Positions 25,140 to 33,148 of a DNA stretch of 42,577 bases are shown one piece after another. Every line of letters starts with the position of its first letter. Position 1 is the first letter of the stretch. The translations under genes and the position numbers were made by a program. The DNA is from a virus (Duplodnaviria; Caudoviricetes): the IMG/VR virus record IMGVR_UViG_3300037307_000349, positions 1 through 42,577 of that record; one strand, given 5' to 3'. Under the pieces are notes generated by a model. That model saw only the letters and a list, made by a program, of their open reading frames with translations. It did no database searches and had not been told where the DNA came from.

Positions 25140-28020
25140 AATATTATTTGCACGGTCCAGTGTCGAACCAGCATCGGAAATAGCCAAACATGGTTTTGAC
25201 CCTATGTCAAAATTCAAGTTGCATGGTAATTCTCGCGTTACGGCGGCAGGTGCGGCAGGCCATGAGTATATTGATATTAGCAATGGAACGTCAAGTTTTA
25301 CTACTTTACAGGCTTATTATTCCTCCTTTGACTTTGATTTATTCGTGCATACAGGACATGGATTGCCTAATTCTATGTGGGGTGACTATGACTCTACAAT
25401 AGATGACTATAATTATGTTGCATATTTACTTGATGCGGCTTCATTAACTCCAATGATTGGCAAGGCTGTATATGGTTTTTGTTGTGATGCTTATACACAA
25501 GTTATTTATGCAATGTATGCCTATGGTGCGGTTGCAATTGCTGGATATAATAGGCCATATTGGTATGCCTACGATCCGGCAGAACAGGCAGAATTAACCG
25601 ATACCATATTCACGAGTTTCATGAATCCGGGATTCAAATTTGTCGAATCAGTGATTGCAGGTAATACGTGGTCACAGGCAGGGATTGATACAAAGGCAGA
25701 ATTTGACGCGCAAATTGAATATTGGGAAACAGGCGCCGGAAGTGGAAATGTAAATGCCACAGTCTATGCGGCATTGATAAATGACAACAAAGGAATGTTT
25801 GGGTGTTTAGGCACATTTCAAATTACTGGCGCAGTGCCTACAACCGGAACAATTAATGTAACGACAAATAATTCTTCAGCAACTTTTTCATTAGCAGGGG
25901 CGGCGTCATATTCTGGTTCTGGAACAACGTGGATCCAGGAAGATGCAACGGCAGGTTCATATACAATAACCTACGGAGATGTCGCTGGATATACTAAACC
26001 GGCGAACGAGACAAAAACCCTAACAGCAGGGGAAACAATTTCTTTTACTGGCACATATACACCTGTAGTTACCACAGGGACGATAAATGTAACTACAAAC
26101 CTATCAGCGGCCACTTTTACATTAACCGGGGCGGCATCCTATAGTGGCTCAGGCACATCGTGGACGCAAGCAAGCGCAACTGCCGGACAATACACTATAA
26201 CTTACGGGGCTGTTGCAGGATACAATACGCCGCCAGCAGAGACAAAAACACTTGTCGCTGGCTCGTCTATCGCTTTTTCGGCAACATACACCGCCGTTTC
26301 TACAGATGGGACTATAAATGTAACAACCAATAGCGATAGTGCGATTTTCACCATAATGGGGCCGGAAACATTTATTGGTTCTGGTAGTTCGTGGTCGGAC
26401 AATAGTGCCAGCCCAGGCGTATATACAATCGTCTTTAATCAGCTTGTCGGATATGTTACACCCGAATCGCAATCTGGAATCTTAGCCGCAGGGGGGACAT
26501 TAAGTTTTACAGGCACGTATGTTGCTGAGGTTTTGGGTGGGACAATCAATGTCTCAACGAATTTATCGAGTGCAACATTTACACTAACAGGCCCGGAAAC
26601 TCTGACCGGTTCAGGAACAACATGGTCAGAGGATAGCGCGGCCGCAGGGGATTATACTATAACTTACGGCGCGGTGGCTGGATATACAACACCGGCATCT
26701 GAGACGAAGACATTAAGCAATGGCGGAAGTATAACATTTACAGGGACATATTCAGCGGCCGCATCTGTAGGCACAATAGCAGTCAGCACCAATAATGCGT
26801 CTGCTACATTTACAGTGTTTGGCCCGGCAGTTTATAGCGGTTCGGGAACGTCATGGACACAGACCAATGCGCCTACAGGCGTTTATATGATCATCTATGG
26901 CAATGTGGCAGGATATTCCACGCCGCCAAATGATTCGTTAACTCTGACATCAGGCTCAACAATCACCTTTACCGGGACTTATGCCTCGTTATCAGCATCA
27001 GGAACGATAAGCGTTTCATGTAATAACGATTCAGCATCATATACTATAACAGGAACGAATACCTATACTGGCACTGGCCGTTCCAATACACATTCAAGTG
27101 CGCCAACTGGCTCATATACAATCGTATTTGGCGCGGTTGCAGGCTATTCAACGCCAGCATCGCAAACCGCATCTTTGTCATCAGGCGGAACACTCACCTT
27201 TACTGGAATCTATATCGCTCAGTCGAATGTGACTGCAAGCACCTATGACGACATAATAGAGGTTGGCGGCGATCTATACACCGCCACAATGGGCGGGCTA
27301 ATTAAGTCTGTCACCGATCCGATTAATCATTACAGGATGGAACATTCACCAACTCAGGTAGCATTCTCCGCATTGCCTATAATTCCTGGCCTAGGTGTGG
27401 ACTCGCATCTGAATATAATACAATTCAATTCGTTATATGATGTTGACACAACAAATAAATGGTCTGTCAAACAATCTGGAAGTGGAACTGGATTAACAAT
27501 TCAGGATGAACGCGGCGGACTTGCTAAATTCATTAATGGCCCAGCAGATGATGATTATTATTCATATTTCTCCCTATATGAATTTGCTAAGTTATCATCG
27601 GGAAAAGGCCTATGGATTTCAACGGGTATAAGAATAAAGGATGTTGACGAGGCTGACTGGTTTTATGGATTGTGTCTCAGGGTGGTCGCTGGCGCAAATA
27701 TTTTCGATAACAGAATTGATAGTCTTGGATTTTACGGGACTGATGGAAGTGCCAATATTAATATTGAGTGCAGAAAAGATTATGTCTCTACTCAAACTAC
27801 AGGTATTTCAACGCTGACAGATTCCACATTCGTCATGATGGACATATATGTTGAAGGCACTGCCAGAGTTTTCTTCTATATTAATGGCAGGTATCAAGCT
27901 AATATTTTAACTAATATACCAGATGATGAGCAATTGTGCATCGCCTTTGGATGCAGGAATGGCAAGCGAGAAGCCAATGAATTCTCGATTTATCAAATTA
28001 AACTGATACAGAATATTTAG
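25132..28020 (+). CDS. Multidomain virion-type protein: clan CD (caspase/gingipain C25-like) peptidase + six PEGA/Ig-like repeats + anchor domain
   Basis: DLFVHTGHG (His76-Gly77), VYGFCC (Cys117/118), GAVAIAGY; six ~77-aa GTI.V.TN...ATF...G.YTI.YG.VAGY.TP repeats; C-terminus paralogous to 23812..24624. Confidence 0.7.
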   Translation: MGKILFARSSVEPASEIAKHGFDPMSKFKLHGNSRVTAAGAAGHEYIDISNGTSSFTTLQAYYSSFDFDLFVHTGHGLPNSMWGDYDSTIDDYNYVAYLLDAASLTPMIGKAVYGFCCDAYTQVIYAMYAYGAVAIAGYNRPYWYAYDPAEQAELTDTIFTSFMNPGFKFVESVIAGNTWSQAGIDTKAEFDAQIEYWETGAGSGNVNATVYAALINDNKGMFGCLGTFQITGAVPTTGTINVTTNNSSATFSLAGAASYSGSGTTWIQEDATAGSYTITYGDVAGYTKPANETKTLTAGETISFTGTYTPVVTTGTINVTTNLSAATFTLTGAASYSGSGTSWTQASATAGQYTITYGAVAGYNTPPAETKTLVAGSSIAFSATYTAVSTDGTINVTTNSDSAIFTIMGPETFIGSGSSWSDNSASPGVYTIVFNQLVGYVTPESQSGILAAGGTLSFTGTYVAEVLGGTINVSTNLSSATFTLTGPETLTGSGTTWSEDSAAAGDYTITYGAVAGYTTPASETKTLSNGGSITFTGTYSAAASVGTIAVSTNNASATFTVFGPAVYSGSGTSWTQTNAPTGVYMIIYGNVAGYSTPPNDSLTLTSGSTITFTGTYASLSASGTISVSCNNDSASYTITGTNTYTGTGRSNTHSSAPTGSYTIVFGAVAGYSTPASQTASLSSGGTLTFTGIYIAQSNVTASTYDDIIEVGGDLYTATMGGLIKSVTDPINHYRMEHSPTQVAFSALPIIPGLGVDSHLNIIQFNSLYDVDTTNKWSVKQSGSGTGLTIQDERGGLAKFINGPADDDYYSYFSLYEFAKLSSGKGLWISTGIRIKDVDEADWFYGLCLRVVAGANIFDNRIDSLGFYGTDGSANINIECRKDYVSTQTTGISTLTDSTFVMMDIYVEGTARVFFYINGRYQANILTNIPDDEQLCIAFGCRNGKREANEFSIYQIKLIQNI
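25840..27222 (+). repeat. Six coding repeats of ~231-234 bp
   Basis: Repeat starts TTGTINV, TTGTINV, TDGTINV, LGGTINV, SVGTIAV, ASGTISV. Confidence 0.9.
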
Positions 28021-28031
28021 AGGTGAATGAA

Positions 28032-28214
28032 ATGAAGATGAAAAATGTTTTCAAACCAGAGACTTTTCCAACTGGCCTTGATATTGGCAAAGAGGCTGTA
28101 AGAATGAATCCTCCAAAGAAACAGGGTAAAGGATTGCCAATCTATAATAAATCGCATAAATTTGGCGATACAAACGTAGTAGAGGCCACTAGATTTAACC
28201 CAAAGAAGCCGTAG
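28032..28214 (+). CDS. Small basic protein
   Basis: GAGGTGA SD; Lys/Pro-rich; followed by hairpin GTAGGCGG-ATTAATTA-CCGCCTAC (28211-28234). Confidence 0.6.
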   Translation: MKMKNVFKPETFPTGLDIGKEAVRMNPPKKQGKGLPIYNKSHKFGDTNVVEATRFNPKKP

Positions 28215-28245
28215 GCGGATTAATTACCGCCTACCCTCTCTTATC

Positions 28246-28398
28246 ATGATTAATAAGTCAAAAACTGGTGTCAATCCGATTGATACCGAATATAGTCTTT
28301 CCAAAAGGAATATGGCAGGGAACTCAAAGAGAAAGAAGCATAAAGGTAAAGTTAAGAAGCGGAAAGCAGAACGCCGGAAATTAAGGGGAGTGATCTGA
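28246..28398 (+). CDS. Small very basic protein (may start at ATG 28312)
   Basis: ...MAGNSKRKKHKGKVKKRKAERRKLRGVI; below the ORF-track cutoff. Confidence 0.45.
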   Translation: MINKSKTGVNPIDTEYSLSKRNMAGNSKRKKHKGKVKKRKAERRKLRGVI

Positions 28399-28399
28399 G

Positions 28400-28645
28400 A
28401 TGCCGAGGAGACGAAAGGCGAAAGCGAGGCCTTCTAAAGGAACTACAAAGGCAGAAAGAAGTGCAATAGTTAAAAGGGCCAGGTCAGGAAAGGATGTTGC
28501 TGAGGGCAATTTTGATGAAGTGGCGGCCGCCGCAGGTGGCGGTGCAAAAGGCAGAAGAATTGCCGCCGCCCAAATGTGGGCAAAAGCCGCTAAAAAGGGC
28601 GTTACCAAGTCAGGTAGAATAAAAGGGACCAAGAGAAAGAAATGA
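28400..28645 (+). CDS. Highly basic Arg/Lys/Ala-rich protein
   Basis: MPRRRKAKARPSKG...GTKRKK; GGGGAGTGA SD. Confidence 0.7.
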   Translation: MPRRRKAKARPSKGTTKAERSAIVKRARSGKDVAEGNFDEVAAAAGGGAKGRRIAAAQMWAKAAKKGVTKSGRIKGTKRKK

Positions 28646-28860
28646 ATTGGGCAGTTAAGCAACGTGGAAATAAATATTGTGTTATTAATAATGATACCAA
28701 TAGGTCGGTAAAATGTTATTCTACGATAACAGAAGCCGAATCTCATCGGAGAGTGCTGGAAGCCAGTAAGTCTGGTGTGAGAAGCAAGGTATCAGCGTTA
28801 AGAAAAAAGATGGGATTAAAATATCCGAGTAGCCATAAAGGTGCAAGAACAAGGAAATGA
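28642..28860 (+). CDS. Small basic phage protein
   Basis: W.VKQRGNKYCV...KCYST..EA pattern seen in small phage structural-region proteins; ATGA overlaps on both sides. Confidence 0.7.
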   Translation: MNWAVKQRGNKYCVINNDTNRSVKCYSTITEAESHRRVLEASKSGVRSKVSALRKKMGLKYPSSHKGARTRK

Positions 28861-31247
28861 AAGCTTATCGTATTGACAATTTCTCAAAAGGAATGATAAG
28901 GGATGCGACCTTAGTCGAAACTAAGCCGGTGTTGCGGACTATCAAAAACTATCGCTATGATTATGATGGCGATTTAGTAAAATTGTTGGTGCGTAAGGGA
29001 TATGATAATTTCAATGCCAATGTTTTGTCAAATGCGCCACAGCAATTATATCTTTATCGCGACCTTGAAAACAATGAGCATTTGTTGGGTATTGTTCATA
29101 CAGGAACGCCGGTATCTGAATATCGTTGGTATGACATTAATGAGACAGGCACAAATATTCCCATATCCGAAGAAGAGGCAACGCCTAGAAAACATGCGAT
29201 GTCTTTTTTAGGAAGGGCTTTCTTGGGGACAGATGGGACAGGAAGCGACATAGGATGGCGATGGGCAGACAATACGTCTATTCTCGCGGGTGTTAGTTAT
29301 AGAGTAGGTATAAAGAAACCAGACGAGGTGTTTGCCGCAACAGCGGTTGCTGTGAGCGGTCACACTGTTAGCGTTGCTTCTATTGCCGATGTTGAGTTAA
29401 ATACAACGACCAGAAGACGAATTGGCATAAAACTCACTCTAACTGAAACGACCAAAATGGCCTCAATATCTGTTGGGATGAATAAGCCAACGGTAGCCGC
29501 CTCTGCCGGCAATGTAAGAATAATAATTTATAACGATAGCGGTGGTTCTCCCGGCACTACTGTAGTGGATACGGACGCCTATTCCTCTTGGTGGCCTGTT
29601 GCAATGTTCAACGTAGAAGGCGGCCCTCTTGCCAATGATCTAAGGTTATTTACTTTTTTGAGTAATTTTGAATTGGCCGCCGGAACTTATTGGGCAGTAA
29701 TCGTTGGCGATAACACTTACTATGACAATTACAACGCAGCGGCATTTTACGCCAATATGGTATATGACCAACCCGGCGGGACAGGATATGTAAAACTGTA
29801 TAATAACGGAACATCAACATGGACTGATTCAAATTACCAGATTTATTACCAAATAAATGGCCTGGATGACAGCAAATTCTATGATTATGTGATGACTTAT
29901 TACAATAGCACTTATGGAATTGAATCACGACCATCAGACCCGGTTAGGATTGATCCAGCGGCTTCCTTGCCTGCGATTGAATTGTATGGGCCTACGCCGG
30001 GCGATGCGCAAGTAGATAAAATACGCTTTTATAGGCGTTACATGGACAATGCTGATGATTCCGAAGCTGATATTACTGACACATATAAATATGTTGGAGA
30101 AACAGCTATCGGCAATACTTTAATTGATAATATCCCCACAGAAAATCTAGGTGCTGATTTACAGACACAAAACCATTATTGCTTTGATGATACGGATGAT
30201 TCAGGCGAAGAGCTACGAGATGCCGCGTTAGTGCCTCATGTCGTTACAGCATGGAAAGATAGGATATGGTTTGCGGAACAGAATAAGAATATTTTATATT
30301 TTAGCAAAATACTGGAAGAAGATGGAGCGACAGGATGGACTGGTAAAGCTATTCCTGATTATTTCCCACTAGGCAATAAAATAGAAATCCCCGAATCCAG
30401 CAGTATAATTGGATTGATGCAATTATCCGATGATTCGCTTGTTATCTATTTTAAGAATGGCGCAGTTTGGATCCTGGAAGGCGGCAATGATATTTATAAT
30501 CCCCCATCTGATTTTGCCTTAAGGCAGGTTCTTACAGATACGGGGCTATTGGCGCAAGCTGGATTAGATTCTATACGAGGTCGGCATGTATATTTAGCTC
30601 AGGAGGGTGTTTATAGTTTCTCAGGCACTAGCGACCCCGTATATCTCAGCCAGGAAGTTCAGAGCATTTTTGATGCGGTTCAGACATCATATCTTGACGA
30701 CACAATTATAGCCACTATGGGAGAAGAAATTTGGGTGCTGTATGATTCCAATAATGATGGTGTGAAAGATAAGATTCTGGTTCTAAATATTCTGCGAAGC
30801 TCTCCCACCTGGCGATTATATGATTTTGGCAGAGGATTTAATGATATAGTAGTCAGGTCTTTAGGTAATACTTTTAGGACTGTTTTGGCCGCCGATGCTA
30901 CAACTGGATATGTTTGGGAATTAGAAAATGGCACAACGGATAATGGCCTTCCAATCGAGACGGAGATAGAAACGCATGAAATTAGAGCGGGGAATCGTTT
31001 ATCTATTACTGGTGTCGAATTGGATGGCTATTATCCAAATGTGCCAGCACAGTATCAGGTAACAATAGCTGAACATAATGGGCGGACAAATTTATTCTCA
31101 ATCATGCCATCTGATTCTGAAGATATAAGAGGCCACAGAACCGGATGCAGGATAACAACAGGGCCAACGGCAAAGGTAAAAATTCAAGGCAGATCAGTAA
31201 ACGAAGATAAGTTGATTTCTTTACAGATAGAATACGAAGAGCGGTGA
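28857..31247 (+). CDS. Tail nozzle/DNA stabilisation protein (P22 gp10/T7 gp12-like) with inserted beta domains
   Basis: N-terminal NFSKGM...VRKGY; propeller motifs WKDRIWFA, ILYFS, LVIYFKNGAVWIL, VYLAQEGVYSFSG, LSQEV; DNG.PI near the end. Confidence 0.75.
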   Translation: MKAYRIDNFSKGMIRDATLVETKPVLRTIKNYRYDYDGDLVKLLVRKGYDNFNANVLSNAPQQLYLYRDLENNEHLLGIVHTGTPVSEYRWYDINETGTNIPISEEEATPRKHAMSFLGRAFLGTDGTGSDIGWRWADNTSILAGVSYRVGIKKPDEVFAATAVAVSGHTVSVASIADVELNTTTRRRIGIKLTLTETTKMASISVGMNKPTVAASAGNVRIIIYNDSGGSPGTTVVDTDAYSSWWPVAMFNVEGGPLANDLRLFTFLSNFELAAGTYWAVIVGDNTYYDNYNAAAFYANMVYDQPGGTGYVKLYNNGTSTWTDSNYQIYYQINGLDDSKFYDYVMTYYNSTYGIESRPSDPVRIDPAASLPAIELYGPTPGDAQVDKIRFYRRYMDNADDSEADITDTYKYVGETAIGNTLIDNIPTENLGADLQTQNHYCFDDTDDSGEELRDAALVPHVVTAWKDRIWFAEQNKNILYFSKILEEDGATGWTGKAIPDYFPLGNKIEIPESSSIIGLMQLSDDSLVIYFKNGAVWILEGGNDIYNPPSDFALRQVLTDTGLLAQAGLDSIRGRHVYLAQEGVYSFSGTSDPVYLSQEVQSIFDAVQTSYLDDTIIATMGEEIWVLYDSNNDGVKDKILVLNILRSSPTWRLYDFGRGFNDIVVRSLGNTFRTVLAADATTGYVWELENGTTDNGLPIETEIETHEIRAGNRLSITGVELDGYYPNVPAQYQVTIAEHNGRTNLFSIMPSDSEDIRGHRTGCRITTGPTAKVKIQGRSVNEDKLISLQIEYEER

Positions 31248-31251
31248 TCTT

Positions 31252-32250
31252 ATGGCGAAAATCGTAATGAGAAATAAAGACATAGAGCGAGCTTATGATT
31301 CATCTGACTTTACATTAGGAACAGAGGGAGAAGATGAATCGAATAATGAGTATATCTTTATTAAATATAATTCAGGCGATGGTCATGTTATGGCATCAGC
31401 TGGCTCATTGATTGTTGGTTTGGACTATGGATATAATACCTATGAAGGCACGGCGGATTTAGATTCAGCTACTATAGCGGCCTTGCGGAACAGGCCTTTA
31501 GGTTTTGCTCAATGCACACTGACCGATGGCAAATATGGATGGGTTCAATGTAGGGGATTTAATCGCAAGGCAATTACCACAGATGGGACTGTTGTTAAGG
31601 GTGGTTATTTATTTGTTAGCCCAAATGGGAATGGCACTTGCGCTGGTAGTTCGGATTCTGGGACAAATACGCTTGCCACAGTCGGAGTAGCAAGGTTAGA
31701 TGATAGCGGCACGACACTGGGTATAGAACAGGCCTATATTGATATTGGCGGCGGTGGCGGAGCAGGCGCGCAAGGCCCAACAGGTGCTACAGGCGCGCAA
31801 GGGCCTCAGGGCGATCCCGGCCCAGCGGGTGCTACTGGAGCCCAGGGACCGGCAGGTGCAGATGGAGAAGATATAATCAATCGTGTTGCCGTTATGAAGG
31901 TATATAATCATGATGGTGATTTAGTGCTAGCCGATGGAGTATTTTATTGGACAATACCAGAGGAATTGGATGGCTTTAATTTAGTTACTGTAGGGGCGCA
32001 TGTCTATACTGCATCTTCAAGCGGTGCAGTTACAGTAATGATTCATAATAAGACCGATGGAAATGATATGCTTTCAACAGCTATCACTATTGATGCTAAT
32101 GAAATAGATTCAAGCACGGCGGCGACACCGGCAGTAATAAACACAAGTTATGATGATGTTGCAGAGGCCGATGAAATAAGAGTTGACATAGACGGGATTG
32201 GTACCGGTTCTAAGGGTTTGGAAGTCAGGATGGGCTTCAGGGCGGTCTAA
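31252..32250 (+). CDS. Cement-domain-anchored collagen fibre protein
   Basis: N-terminal ~165 aa paralogous to 11850..12350; 12 Gly-X-Y triplets (31765-31872); C-terminal beta domain. Confidence 0.75.
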   Translation: MAKIVMRNKDIERAYDSSDFTLGTEGEDESNNEYIFIKYNSGDGHVMASAGSLIVGLDYGYNTYEGTADLDSATIAALRNRPLGFAQCTLTDGKYGWVQCRGFNRKAITTDGTVVKGGYLFVSPNGNGTCAGSSDSGTNTLATVGVARLDDSGTTLGIEQAYIDIGGGGGAGAQGPTGATGAQGPQGDPGPAGATGAQGPAGADGEDIINRVAVMKVYNHDGDLVLADGVFYWTIPEELDGFNLVTVGAHVYTASSSGAVTVMIHNKTDGNDMLSTAITIDANEIDSSTAATPAVINTSYDDVAEADEIRVDIDGIGTGSKGLEVRMGFRAV

Positions 32251-32251
32251 A

Positions 32252-33133
32252 ATGAATTTAGCAAATATTGGCCATTTAGATAACGATAACGTAGCTTACT
32301 CAATTTCTGGCGATGGTACATATATATTTACCGGGGATGAGGAGTTTCTTAGTGCTTATATATTTGACGGGGATAACTTTACATTATTAGATAGGGTGAC
32401 TGTTCCTTACGTTTTTGATATATGGTACGATGGGACATATATTTTTGTGGCTGCCCAGTTTGTCATAAAAGCGTTTACATTTAATGGTGTATCATTGACG
32501 CAGGCCGCTAGTCTGGTGCTAACTGGTGTACCTCGTGGAATCTGGACTGACGGAACTTATGTTTACCTCGCCGACTACAATGGCGGGCTACGTGCATACA
32601 CTTTTAATGGGTCTGCATTTACTCAGGTTGGTATTTCTATTGATGTAAAATTGCAGATGAAAGTGTGGGGTGATGGTACATATATTTATACTGCGACAGT
32701 ATTGCATGGCTTAAGGGCATATACATTTAATGGGTCTAGTTTCACTGAAATTGCCTACATAGATGACCCTGGCTTTGGACAGGATGTATGGGGCGATGGA
32801 ACATACATTTATTTTGCCAATGATATCGGAGGGTTGTGGGCCTATACGTTTGATGGTGTTTCATTTACAAATGTAGGCTATATAGATGATGGCGGCGAGG
32901 CGTATGGAGTATGGGGCGATGGTACATATATTTATCTCGCCAATGGTTCTGATGGAATTAGAATTTATACATTTGATGGGGCTACTTTTACTAATGTTTG
33001 GGATACCGATGATGGTGGAGATGCCTATGCCATTTGGACTGATAGTTCATATATATATCTTGCCAATTATGCTGATGGGTGGCGGGTCTATGGGCCAGTT
33101 TCCGAGTATTTACAGCAAGTATGGTTAATGTAA
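32252..33133 (+). CDS. LVIVD-like repeat beta-propeller protein
   Basis: About seven ~41-aa repeats of VWGDGTYIYLAN...GL.AYTF.G..FT; ATG at 32252. Confidence 0.8.
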   Translation: MNLANIGHLDNDNVAYSISGDGTYIFTGDEEFLSAYIFDGDNFTLLDRVTVPYVFDIWYDGTYIFVAAQFVIKAFTFNGVSLTQAASLVLTGVPRGIWTDGTYVYLADYNGGLRAYTFNGSAFTQVGISIDVKLQMKVWGDGTYIYTATVLHGLRAYTFNGSSFTEIAYIDDPGFGQDVWGDGTYIYFANDIGGLWAYTFDGVSFTNVGYIDDGGEAYGVWGDGTYIYLANGSDGIRIYTFDGATFTNVWDTDDGGDAYAIWTDSSYIYLANYADGWRVYGPVSEYLQQVWLM

Positions 33134-33148
33134 AAGTAAGGTGATCTT

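Noticed and set aside
32252-33133. Diversity-generating retroelement TR/VR pair among the fibre repeats
   Set aside because: Repeats are ordinary protein repeats without adenine-specific differences; no reverse transcriptase in the window
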